Origin: a phage
Assembly (NCBI GenBank): GCA_025284135.1
Contig: GCA_025284135.1_3646.1
DNA: 64,000 bases
Direction: 5' to 3' (one strand)
The notes under the pieces were generated by a model. That model worked only from the letters and a program-made list of their open reading frames with translations, made no database searches and was not told where the DNA came from. Positions 7,692-16,552 of this stretch are shown here, piece by piece (positions within the stretch are counted from its first letter, which is position 1; every line of letters starts with the position of its first letter). Made by a program: the position numbers and the translations under genes.

Positions 7692-8111
7692 ATGCCACAG
7701 GAAGAAATGATTTCCTACGAAATCATCTACGAGCCTGACACTAAAGATGCTCACGGTGAGTGGATGAGTAAAGACACCATCAAAAAGGCTAAAGATAACT
7801 GGGACGCAGCATACGCCGCAGGCCTAGTTTCTGAGAACCTTTTCCACTTGACCTCTACAGATGCTTTCACCATTGAAAAGACGTGGATTCAAGAAGAGTT
7901 TGATGTTGTAGTAATTGGCACTGAGCAGGTCATCAAGGCTGGCTCTTGGGTTGCTAAAGTTAAATACAATAATCCTGAACTATGGGAAGCTAAGAAGGCT
8001 GGCATTGTTGGTGGCCTAAGCATTCAGGCAACAGGTAATGTTGATGAAGAAACTGGTGAAATTACCAACGTAAACTTCGGGATCAGTGTTGTAGAAGAGG
8101 GCAATGAATAA
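7692..8111 (+). CDS. head morphogenesis protein, function unknown (start moved to ATG 7692)
   Basis: Track ORF 7536-8111 overlaps the portal by about 90 nt; the internal ATG avoids the overlap. Confidence 0.4.
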   Translation: MPQEEMISYEIIYEPDTKDAHGEWMSKDTIKKAKDNWDAAYAAGLVSENLFHLTSTDAFTIEKTWIQEEFDVVVIGTEQVIKAGSWVAKVKYNNPELWEAKKAGIVGGLSIQATGNVDEETGEITNVNFGISVVEEGNE

Positions 8112-9088
8112 TGTCTGAAAAAACGATTACTATTAAAGAGAAGGGGATTGCCCTGTGCCATAAGGCGCAAGGCTATAGCGCTAACAACAGACCTGTATCT
8201 CTTTTGATGAAGAGTGATCTTAAGCCTGAGCAGTTAACAGACGATATTGTTAAGGCACTTCGCCAAGTTACTGTGGAGCTTAGTTTTGAAGAATACCTGC
8301 GTCGTTTCTTCGATATGTGGTATGATGATGCTAAAGCACTTGCACACATGCTTGGTTTTGAGATTGAAGAGGAGGCTTGGGCTAAAGAGCATCCTGATTG
8401 GGAATGGGCGCAAGCTGACGCAGAGTCTTGTATTGCATGGCTGGAAGAGCGTTGTGATAACGTGACCATTCATAAGGCTGCAAAAGAAGGCAAGCAGCTT
8501 AGTGTGGTAGATCAGTACAGCCTGTTAAAAACACAACAGATTTTTGAACAAGTAACCGCTGATCTCTTCGATAAAGAAGGGAACCTGATCAAGGCGGTAC
8601 AGGAACCTGCTGAGGTGGATAAAACTACCGAGGTGGATGATGTTGCAAAATCCGCAAATACCGAGGAGAATCCGGTGGACGTAACCAAAACTAAAGAGTA
8701 TCTGGATCTGCTGAAGCAAGTAGAAGAGCTGAAAGCAACCCAGAGTAAAGCTGAAGAAATCATCAAGGCCCAGGTTGAAGTTGAAAAAGCTAAAATGCTG
8801 ACTAAGGCTCAAGCTTTAAGCTTTGTTGGTGAAGAAGATCACGCAACCCTGGTTGACTTCATGCTGGAGAAAGCTAACGAACCTATCGTAGCTATGCTGG
8901 AGAAAGCTCAAGCAAAAATTGAAGAGCTGGAAGCAGAGGTGCATAAAACTAAAGAAGAGTTTGCCACCACTGAACATGGTAATGATGGCGAACCTGTTGT
9001 GGATGATATTGCAAAATCCGCAGAAGAAATTCTTGCTGAAAACGTTGCAAAAGCACTTGCTCGTGCACGTGCAGAATCTAACAAATAA
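8111..9088 (+). CDS. scaffolding protein-like (acidic, helical)
   Basis: Highly charged, helix-prone 325-aa protein between portal and capsid genes. Confidence 0.5.
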   Translation: MSEKTITIKEKGIALCHKAQGYSANNRPVSLLMKSDLKPEQLTDDIVKALRQVTVELSFEEYLRRFFDMWYDDAKALAHMLGFEIEEEAWAKEHPDWEWAQADAESCIAWLEERCDNVTIHKAAKEGKQLSVVDQYSLLKTQQIFEQVTADLFDKEGNLIKAVQEPAEVDKTTEVDDVAKSANTEENPVDVTKTKEYLDLLKQVEELKATQSKAEEIIKAQVEVEKAKMLTKAQALSFVGEEDHATLVDFMLEKANEPIVAMLEKAQAKIEELEAEVHKTKEEFATTEHGNDGEPVVDDIAKSAEEILAENVAKALARARAESNK

Positions 9089-9108
9089 GACATTAACGGG
9101 GGAAATAA

Positions 9109-9495
9109 ATGATTACCGCTCAATATTCTGATATCGTGCTCGGCAAAGTTGATTCTAGCGATGCTGGCTACAATTTTAAAGAGATTAAGGTAACACTGAC
9201 AGAGCATCACCACGCTGGTACTGTTGTAACAAAAACAGGTACCATCGCTAACGCAGACGGTTCTGATGTGTACGGCGTTCTTGTTGACCGTGCTCTTGTC
9301 AAAGATGCTGGTACGGTTCATCTTGCAAAACCTTTAGAAGTAGGTCAATCCTATAACCTGGTTGTTGCCGTCCATGGTGTTACCTTTGCAAAAGATATGC
9401 TGTTAGGTGCAGATGGAGCTAAAGCAGACCAAAGAATTCTGGATAAGTTGGAAGCTTTAGGTAACAAAGTTCACGTCCAGACTCTTGGTGAATAA
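9109..9495 (+). CDS. head protein (possible decoration or accessory capsid protein)
   Basis: 128-aa ORF immediately upstream of the major capsid gene. Confidence 0.35.
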   Translation: MITAQYSDIVLGKVDSSDAGYNFKEIKVTLTEHHHAGTVVTKTGTIANADGSDVYGVLVDRALVKDAGTVHLAKPLEVGQSYNLVVAVHGVTFAKDMLLGADGAKADQRILDKLEALGNKVHVQTLGE

Positions 9496-9546
9496 TAAGC
9501 CCTAAATTGTTCGGGAAAATATTTAAGTTTTACTTTGGAGAAATAA

Positions 9547-10557
9547 ATGATTACTCGTAAAGATGAATTTGGCATTGTCGATTTAGGTGCTACTCTGGAC
9601 CTTGTTCCGCGCCAATTCCGACTGATCACCGGTATGGATCTGTTCGAAACCCGTCTCGGCACCTCAACAATTGCTCAGATCGAGCGTGTTGATGAAGTTG
9701 TAACCGACATTCCGGCACGCCGTCGTGGTGGTGAACGTAACTATGTTGGTAGTGAACGTGCTCAGGTTAAAAACCTGAACATCCCGTTCTTCCCTCTGGA
9801 CAAAGGCATCACTGCCGCAGATGTTCAGAACTTCCGTCGTTACTTCACTCCTGATGCTCCGAAAACTGTTCAGGACGTAGTAACCCGCGTTGTTCGTCGT
9901 ATCCGTGTTTCTCATGAAGCACTGCGTGAGAAAGCTCTGTTCCAGGCTATTCTGGGTAAATCCTATGCACCTGGTGACGCTACCTGCCAGTATGATTACT
10001 ACACTCTGTGGGGTGTGTCTCAGAAATCTGTTGAGATCGACCCTGCAAAAGCAGATCAGGATCCTATGGAGGTTCTGGAAGAAGCTCGTCTGCACATCGC
10101 ACTGCAAGCTGGCGATAATGCAGCTGGCTATCGCATCGTAGCCCTGTGCTCACCAGAGTTCTTCAGTGCTATTACCCATCACCCGCTGGTAGAACTGGCA
10201 TACACCTATTACGGCTCTGCTCAGGAACCTCTGCGTCGCCGTCTGGGTGCGGGTGGTCAAGACAGCGTATACCGTGTGTTTGAGCATAAAGGTATCACCT
10301 TTATCGAAGATATCTCTGGCAATATTCCGAAGAAAGAAGCTCGCATTCTGCCTATGGGTATTGATCAGATGTTCCAGCTGCACTTTGCTCCAGCAGATGA
10401 TGTTAACGAAGCAAATACCCCAGCTCAGGAACTGTACATGTGGTATAAACACTCTGCATACCTGCGTGAAGAGAAGATTGAATCTGAAACTTCCATGCTG
10501 GCAGTTAACACCCGTCCAGAGCTGGTTGTTAAAGTAACTCTGAAAAACGGTGGCTAA
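9547..10557 (+). CDS. major capsid protein
   Basis: 336-aa ORF after the scaffold gene; visibly enriched in CTG/CGT/CCG-type codons; followed by a strong terminator. Confidence 0.65.
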   Translation: MITRKDEFGIVDLGATLDLVPRQFRLITGMDLFETRLGTSTIAQIERVDEVVTDIPARRRGGERNYVGSERAQVKNLNIPFFPLDKGITAADVQNFRRYFTPDAPKTVQDVVTRVVRRIRVSHEALREKALFQAILGKSYAPGDATCQYDYYTLWGVSQKSVEIDPAKADQDPMEVLEEARLHIALQAGDNAAGYRIVALCSPEFFSAITHHPLVELAYTYYGSAQEPLRRRLGAGGQDSVYRVFEHKGITFIEDISGNIPKKEARILPMGIDQMFQLHFAPADDVNEANTPAQELYMWYKHSAYLREEKIESETSMLAVNTRPELVVKVTLKNGG

Positions 10558-10579
10558 TCACTGATGTGATTCATCCCAT

Positions 10580-10612
10580 ATGGGGAGGGGGTTCTCCCCC
10601 TCCCCTTTTTAC
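10580..10612 (+). terminator. rho-independent terminator
   Basis: GGGGAGGGGG-TTCT-CCCCCTCCCC followed by TTTTT. Confidence 0.7.
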
Positions 10613-10638
10613 TTATTAGGGTTTAACAGGAGTGTCCC

Positions 10639-11484
10639 GTGAAGCGAACCGTCTACCCAGTCGAGTATGATCCTCTATTAAGAGTTTTCAACAATCAGTT
10701 AAGTTTTTATCAATTTTTAGCACAATATAACCCAGAAATCAATGTTGGTTTATCAGCCCTGCTGCCGCCAACAGAATTCGTTATTGGCAGTGTGCACTAT
10801 CCATGCAGAACGATTGTAGACTTCTTCCAGAAGATTGCAAAACACACAGGCCTGCCAATTGATACTGGTATTTCAACTATCCGTATGGGTGTTATTCTTC
10901 TGTTCTTCACAGAGAACCTTGATGAAAGCACTTTAACACTGCAAAGTGGGGATGTCAATATCACACTCACCCCGTCAGTGTTTAAAGAGGTAGATGCGGC
11001 TTTCCAAGTTTCCGTGGCAGAGGGCCATCTATGGGACCCTGTAGGGATGCCTAAAAAGGTGACCATAAACGATGAGCAATGCAACGTTGTTTATGAAGAA
11101 GATACCCAAACTTTCACCATTGAGTGGCCTAAGAAACGTTCTCAGGTTGTAAATCTTGGGCTGGTCTCTACGATAGCTCCACCGCCTCAACCAGAGCCGG
11201 AGCCGCCTGTAGGTCCTACTGAACCTGGTGGTGGTGAAGAATCCCAAGGTCCGACTGTACCGGAGGGAGGCACTGAGCAGGATCCTGAACAGGCACAAGA
11301 ATCAAGATCTTCTCGCAGTGATGTTGATGCCCTACTACAGCAGGCCGCAGCTCTTAACAACGAAGATGACAAAAGTGGTTCAAAAGATGCACTCCAAACC
11401 TTCGCCAAAGAGCACGGTGTTACCTTAAGTAAGGCAAAAACTTTCCAAAATATGATGAAAGATTTTGAGGCTGCACTGGCATAA
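10639..11484 (+). CDS. hypothetical virion-associated protein with Pro/Glu-rich linker
   Basis: GTG start with AGGAG RBS; linker PPPQPEPEPPVGPTEPGGGEE. Confidence 0.4.
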   Translation: MKRTVYPVEYDPLLRVFNNQLSFYQFLAQYNPEINVGLSALLPPTEFVIGSVHYPCRTIVDFFQKIAKHTGLPIDTGISTIRMGVILLFFTENLDESTLTLQSGDVNITLTPSVFKEVDAAFQVSVAEGHLWDPVGMPKKVTINDEQCNVVYEEDTQTFTIEWPKKRSQVVNLGLVSTIAPPPQPEPEPPVGPTEPGGGEESQGPTVPEGGTEQDPEQAQESRSSRSDVDALLQQAAALNNEDDKSGSKDALQTFAKEHGVTLSKAKTFQNMMKDFEAALA

Positions 11485-11493
11485 TTTTGTTAA

Positions 11494-11530
11494 GGCCCCT
11501 TCCAAATTAGGAATGGGGCTTTATTTTTAC
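11494..11530 (+). terminator. terminator-like hairpin
   Basis: GCCCC..GGGGC stem followed by TTTATTTTT. Confidence 0.45.
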
Positions 11531-11543
11531 GAGGTATTTTCAA

Positions 11544-12164
11544 ATGGCATGGTATGAAGATGAAGAGATTATCCCGTCCCCGCCTAACCATGATGGTGCA
11601 GTAGATACCCCAGAAGAACCACCAAAAGAAGATCCTGTACCTCCGGAACCTGATCCAGACCAACCTCTTATTAATATTATGAGGTTGTTGCTTGGCAATG
11701 TTGATGAGGAAACCCTCCCTGACGAGGTAATTAAAACATTCCTTGACATGGAGAAGTTGAAACTAAATTATCCGGCAGATCCTGATAAGCTGCCTCTGCT
11801 TAAGTACAATGTGCTTGTGCAGCTTGTGCGGTGGCTGATGATGCAGGAAGTGTCCAGCGGTAATGCAAGTATAACTTCCCGTCTGGAAAAAATAGGTGAT
11901 GAGACCATAGAGATTCGTGGTGGATCTTCCTACGCCCAATGGAAAGATTTCCTTGATTGGCTGCTGGCACACCCAGACTATGTAGATTCTGAGTTAGATG
12001 CTTACAGCAGAATGATTATCATTGGTGGTGTTCGTGTAGACGAAGGAATTCGGGTTAAATTTAATGAAAACAGCAACGGACCGTTCGATGTCCAGGGGAT
12101 TACACCTATCAGTGGTCTAAATAACCAACCTCCTCGCCACCCAAGACGCAAACGCAGTTTTTAA
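11544..12164 (+). CDS. head-tail connector or adaptor candidate
   Basis: Position between head and tail genes; no diagnostic motif. Confidence 0.35.
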   Translation: MAWYEDEEIIPSPPNHDGAVDTPEEPPKEDPVPPEPDPDQPLINIMRLLLGNVDEETLPDEVIKTFLDMEKLKLNYPADPDKLPLLKYNVLVQLVRWLMMQEVSSGNASITSRLEKIGDETIEIRGGSSYAQWKDFLDWLLAHPDYVDSELDAYSRMIIIGGVRVDEGIRVKFNENSNGPFDVQGITPISGLNNQPPRHPRRKRSF

Positions 12165-12170
12165 AAATTG

Positions 12171-12199
12171 TTGCTTTTGATGTATCTTTGTGGTAAAAT
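12171..12199 (+). promoter_or_regulatory. sigma70-like promoter TTGCTT-N17-TAAAAT (TGG before -10)
   Basis: Extended -10-like TGGTAAAAT with TTG -35 at 17-nt spacing. Confidence 0.4.
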
Positions 12200-12217
12200 A
12201 CATTAGTGAGGGATATA

Positions 12218-12676
12218 ATGCTAAAGGTTAAATGTCAAACAAGGTTCAACCTAAAGCGTTTAGATCGCTTCTACAAAGAACTTGTGAGACTTGAAAGTAA
12301 AACAATAACCTACGGCTTTTATGACGAACCTCACCCGTCAGGCTTAAATATGGCAACATTGGCAGCCATTCACAACTTCGGTTGGAACGGGCTGCCTGTT
12401 CGCAATTTCATGGAGACAGCCTTTGCATTTCACAGCACTCAACTACAGACCTTGACAGAAAAATTGTTGAGAGCTATGGCTAGAGGATCAAGTGCAGAGG
12501 CTATTCTTAAGCAGATGGGGGACACAGGGGCCAAAGCTATCCAGTTTGTTATTGAGGCTGGGCAGTTTAGTAATCCTACTGTTAGCGAGCAGTGGGCACA
12601 AGAGAAAGGCTTCAACGAGGCTATGCGGCATTACGATGTGCTGCTTGAATCTGCAACCTTTAAAATCGGACAGTAA
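12218..12676 (+). CDS. neck or head completion protein candidate (start moved to ATG 12218)
   Basis: Track start 12206 is GTG; ATG 12218 has GAGGGA RBS. Confidence 0.35.
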   Translation: MLKVKCQTRFNLKRLDRFYKELVRLESKTITYGFYDEPHPSGLNMATLAAIHNFGWNGLPVRNFMETAFAFHSTQLQTLTEKLLRAMARGSSAEAILKQMGDTGAKAIQFVIEAGQFSNPTVSEQWAQEKGFNEAMRHYDVLLESATFKIGQ

Positions 12677-12691
12677 AAATAAGGGGGTTGA

Positions 12692-13117
12692 GTGGCAGCA
12701 GGTTATAAGCTGATAGGAAAGAACAGACTAATACCTCGTAAAACATTCAAAGGTCGCCACAGAGTGTATAACAAAACAGTTGGTGGCCCTTTTGCCAACG
12801 AGGGGTTAGAACTTGAGTATGAAGAGTTTGATGTCTTAGAGTGTGTTGTGCAGCCGTTGACAGGAAGGGCGGCTAAAGATTACTCCTCTCAAATAAACCC
12901 TGAAGGTGACAGACAGTACGAGGCTTTTACAGTTTACTCCTCAACCAAGTTGTATAGTCCGGATGAAGGAACATACGCAATGGCTGATCAAATTCAACTT
13001 CCTGACATCCGTGGTGACTTGAAATGGTTTACCGTTTTAAAATGCGATGCATATGTTACCTCTGGTGGTGGGAGATATAGATTTTTTGTGGTAGAAGAGC
13101 CTGAAGGAGAAAACTAA
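12692..13117 (+). CDS. neck or tail completion protein candidate
   Basis: GTG start with AAGGGGG RBS; positional inference only. Confidence 0.35.
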   Translation: MAAGYKLIGKNRLIPRKTFKGRHRVYNKTVGGPFANEGLELEYEEFDVLECVVQPLTGRAAKDYSSQINPEGDRQYEAFTVYSSTKLYSPDEGTYAMADQIQLPDIRGDLKWFTVLKCDAYVTSGGGRYRFFVVEEPEGEN

Positions 13118-13668
13118 TGGAAGCTTTCGAAAAAGTTTTTTCTGATCTTGAAACAACCATTGCTAAGCTTGTCAAGGTTGCCACAGGAAGAACTGTAGTT
13201 CTGGCAGAAAGCTCTACCATACCGAAGCCGGAAGGTGAGTTTGTACTTTTACAAACCTTGGCGATAAATCCTACCACTTGGGAAGATAATGAGTTTCAAG
13301 ATGCGGAGGGTAATGCTTACGTCACCCACAGCTATACTGTTACCTATCTGCTAACAGCTTATCGTGGCAGGGCATATGCTGCACTTAGCAGAGTATTGCA
13401 AGCAATAAATCTTCCAATGTTTTATGACAAGTATTTCCCTCTGGGGTCGTGCTTTGCCTACTCTAACAATTCAACAATCTCACCTCAAAGAGTGCCGTTG
13501 AATAAGCAGACGTATGAAAATAGAGCCACTGTGATGCTGACATTTAACGTAAGGTTTGTTGAAACAGACATTGGGGCTTTTGAGGATCTTCAGGGAATTA
13601 AGGCTGAAATAACCACACACTTCCCTTCACCCAATTCTGGTAAAGCGGTTACAGACAGTGGTCAGTAA
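13117..13668 (+). CDS. tail completion or sheath-terminator candidate
   Basis: Positional inference; start overlaps the upstream stop. Confidence 0.35.
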   Translation: MEAFEKVFSDLETTIAKLVKVATGRTVVLAESSTIPKPEGEFVLLQTLAINPTTWEDNEFQDAEGNAYVTHSYTVTYLLTAYRGRAYAALSRVLQAINLPMFYDKYFPLGSCFAYSNNSTISPQRVPLNKQTYENRATVMLTFNVRFVETDIGAFEDLQGIKAEITTHFPSPNSGKAVTDSGQ

Positions 13669-13740
13669 TCGTTATAATTGTGTAGTGTAATGATTACACT
13701 GCGTGTTTGATATCCGTGCACAGATATTAAGAGGAAACAA

Positions 13741-15117
13741 ATGCCATATTTAGATAAGGTGGTAGATGTTACAGTTAACCTCGGAACCCAGCCTATTGAC
13801 ACTGTAGGTTTCGAAACTCCCCTGTTCATCGCTATCCACAACAACTTTACTGAGCGAGCTCGCGTATATGCGGAGCTGGATCAGATGGTGGAAGATGGTT
13901 TCGCACAAGGCTCTGCAGCGTATGAGTTTGCAGCAAAAGCTTTTGGTGGTGTATTCCCTCCACAATACGTTATGATCGGCAGACAGGCCAAAGAAAAGAC
14001 CACTGTAGATTTTAAAGGTATTGCTGCCGCAGCTGATACCGATGTCGTAATGACTATTGCAAAAGGTAGCTACAATACTTCTTTGATAGTGCCTATCTCT
14101 GGTGGAACAGGTGCAACTCAGATTGCAGAGTCAATGAAGACTAAAATTGAAGCAGATGATAGCTTGAACGATATCACTGTAGAGGCTGCTGAAGGTGTTC
14201 TCACCATCACTGGTAACTGCACTGTTGGTTATCATACTGGTAACTACACAATCAAAAATATCGCCAATGCTGAAAAACCTTCTACAGTAGTTGATAAGAT
14301 CAATGCTGAGCGTGACAATTGGTACTTCCTGTGCCATGAAGACCACACCGACATTGAAGCATGTGCCAAGTGGGCTCAGGCTAACTATAAGCTGCATGTC
14401 TACTCTACTGCAGAAGATGTGACTGGCAAAGATAATAACATCGCCACCAAACTGATGGCTGCACAGTATGACAGTGTCGGCATGTACGATCCTCGTGCTG
14501 ATAAAGATTTTCCAGAGGGTGGTATCGTAGGCGCTATGGCATCCAACGATCCGTCTTACGGTGACAGCTTGCACTTAAAACAGATGCCGGGTGTGATTGC
14601 ACCATCTCTGACTTTAACTCAGCGCATGGCGATTTGGGAAAACCACGTTAACTTCTATAGAATGATTAACGGTGTTGGTGCTTTCTGGGAAGGTAAGTGT
14701 GCTTCAGGTCAGTATGCAGACGCTATTCGTTTTGCACACTGGATCAAGTTCAGATCTGAAGAATCTATGTTTGGGTACATGCATCGCCGCTCCAACATGG
14801 GTTTAAGCATGAAGATGTCTGATGATGATCTTCCGGTTATCAAGTCTGTCTTGATGAACAACCCAATCAACACTGGCATTAAGAATGGTGCGATCCTGAC
14901 AGGTTTCGACGAAGACAATAATGTATTCTACGACCCGATCATTACAGTTCCTAAACGTGCAGAAATCCCAACTAATCAGTTGGCTGCTCGTGTTCTGGAA
15001 GGTGTGAAAGTAGAACTGGTGTATAACAACGCCCTGCACTTCGTTCGTATCCGGATCAACGTCCTTCTGGACAAAGTTGGTTCTAAATCCACCAATGCTG
15101 TTGCAATGACTGAATAA
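13741..15117 (+). CDS. tail sheath-like protein (458 aa)
   Basis: Gene order 458 aa, 157 aa, chaperone pair, tape measure matches the contractile-tail pattern; N-terminus VDVTVNLGTQPIDTVGFETPLFIA resembles sheath N-terminal pattern. Confidence 0.5.
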   Translation: MPYLDKVVDVTVNLGTQPIDTVGFETPLFIAIHNNFTERARVYAELDQMVEDGFAQGSAAYEFAAKAFGGVFPPQYVMIGRQAKEKTTVDFKGIAAAADTDVVMTIAKGSYNTSLIVPISGGTGATQIAESMKTKIEADDSLNDITVEAAEGVLTITGNCTVGYHTGNYTIKNIANAEKPSTVVDKINAERDNWYFLCHEDHTDIEACAKWAQANYKLHVYSTAEDVTGKDNNIATKLMAAQYDSVGMYDPRADKDFPEGGIVGAMASNDPSYGDSLHLKQMPGVIAPSLTLTQRMAIWENHVNFYRMINGVGAFWEGKCASGQYADAIRFAHWIKFRSEESMFGYMHRRSNMGLSMKMSDDDLPVIKSVLMNNPINTGIKNGAILTGFDEDNNVFYDPIITVPKRAEIPTNQLAARVLEGVKVELVYNNALHFVRIRINVLLDKVGSKSTNAVAMTE

Positions 15118-15127
15118 GGAAGCCTAG

Positions 15128-15601
15128 ATGGAAACTCAAATTTTAACTCCTTATGCGTATGACCCTAAAAAGGTCAAACTGTATCTGATGCAGCAGCGTG
15201 TCACTGGCTTCGCTGCTGACACCAAGATTGTTGTTTCAAGAAACGAAGACAACATTTATCCTCACGTCGGCGTGGATGGTGAAATGTCTGCAGCTCTGTC
15301 CCGTAACCAATCTGGTGTTATGACTGTATCTTTGCAGAACACTTCTGTATGGAACGCTTACCTTTCCGACTGGCAGAAACAGGCATCGATTACTGGCCTG
15401 GTATTCTTCCCGGTTCTGCTGGAAGGTAGCCAGGGCCCTGGTATTTCCACAATCGGTTGGATCCAGAAACAGCCTGACCTGACTTACGGAACCGAAGTAG
15501 GTCAACTGGACTGGGATATCGGTATTCTGGATGCATGGCTCAACCGTGATAACATCACTGGTGCTCTTACTGGCCTCGCAGGTCTTGCAGGTATTATCTA
15601 A
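15128..15601 (+). CDS. tail tube-like protein (157 aa)
   Basis: Size and position between the sheath-like gene and the chaperones. Confidence 0.45.
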   Translation: METQILTPYAYDPKKVKLYLMQQRVTGFAADTKIVVSRNEDNIYPHVGVDGEMSAALSRNQSGVMTVSLQNTSVWNAYLSDWQKQASITGLVFFPVLLEGSQGPGISTIGWIQKQPDLTYGTEVGQLDWDIGILDAWLNRDNITGALTGLAGLAGII

Positions 15602-15620
15602 GGGCACACTTTAGCATAAG

Positions 15621-15655
15621 CCTCACCTTCGGGTGGGGCTTTTTGCTTTTTATGG
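15621..15655 (+). terminator. rho-independent terminator (UUCG-type loop)
   Basis: CCTCACC-TTCG-GGTGGGG followed by CTTTTTGCTTTTT. Confidence 0.6.
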
Positions 15656-15692
15656 TTTTGACACACGTTCTTGAATTGCTTGAAAGGTTAAA

Positions 15693-15721
15693 TTGACAAT
15701 GCACCATAATCATGGTAAAAT
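15693..15721 (+). promoter_or_regulatory. sigma70-like promoter TTGACA-N17-TAAAAT (TGG before -10)
   Basis: Consensus -35, 17-nt spacer, TGGTAAAAT; lies inside the tail module upstream of the chaperone gene. Confidence 0.5.
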
Positions 15722-15764
15722 ACACAAATATGGTGCACAACATGACTAATAAGGATGCTATAAA

Positions 15765-16232
15765 ATGGCTATAAACTTTAGACCTACAACAGAGATTGAT
15801 TTAGCAGGGCACAACTTTGTGATCACCCACTGGGGACCGATGAAAGCAATGAAAAACATGCCTAAAATCGGTAAGATTGTGGCTGTTCCGCTAGGTGCTA
15901 TCGGTGGATCTATTATCTCAGGCGGTCAGAATATGGCAGAGGTACTTCCTACTGCTCTGGCTTACCTGTTCCAAGAACTTGATGATAACTCTATTGAAGA
16001 GTTATTTAAAATCTTGTTCGAAGATATTACCGTGGATGGTGTGGATAAGCTTAACCCGGATGTTGTGTTTGCAGGACATCTGCTGGAGATGATTAAGCTG
16101 GCAGGTAAGGTTCTGGAGGTTAACTACGGCTGTTTTTTCACACAAGACGGTTTAGGAAGCCTTCTGGAGATGTTACAGCAGATGGGTATGATTCAGCAGG
16201 TGAACAACCTGGATCAGACTCCGGAAGAGTAG
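15765..16232 (+). CDS. tail assembly chaperone
   Basis: 155-aa acidic protein immediately upstream of the tape measure gene. Confidence 0.5.
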   Translation: MAINFRPTTEIDLAGHNFVITHWGPMKAMKNMPKIGKIVAVPLGAIGGSIISGGQNMAEVLPTALAYLFQELDDNSIEELFKILFEDITVDGVDKLNPDVVFAGHLLEMIKLAGKVLEVNYGCFFTQDGLGSLLEMLQQMGMIQQVNNLDQTPEE

Positions 16233-16249
16233 GAATAAGCAAGGTTGTT

Positions 16250-16498
16250 GTGAGGGCCAGTGAGTGGGCAGCTAAGAACAGTTCACTCAACTGGTTCGAC
16301 TTTCTTTGGTGCAGGGTGCTCAAGAATTTCAAAGGGGAAAATTTTGAATCGCTAAATCTTGCAGATATGGCGTATTTCCTGAAGCTATGTGAGTATCTTG
16401 ATATCGAAGAATTCCTAGATACCGTCCAAAACAGGGAAATGGAGCGGGAGCAGAAGGCTGCCGCAGCTGCTGCGAAAGCTAAGCGCAGGAGAGGATAA
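16250..16498 (+). CDS. second chaperone-region ORF (possible frameshift extension)
   Basis: Short ORF in a different frame between chaperone and tape measure; basic Ala/Lys-rich C-terminus; no clear slippery site seen. Confidence 0.3.
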   Translation: MRASEWAAKNSSLNWFDFLWCRVLKNFKGENFESLNLADMAYFLKLCEYLDIEEFLDTVQNREMEREQKAAAAAAKAKRRRG

Positions 16499-16502
16499 TC
16501 TA

Positions 16503-16540
16503 AGGGCCGGATTCCTTTTCTGGGATCTGGCCCTTTTTAT
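16503..16540 (+). terminator. terminator-like hairpin
   Basis: GGGCCGGAT..ATCTGGCCC stem followed by TTTTTATT. Confidence 0.4.
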
Positions 16541-16552
16541 TATGAGGAAACC

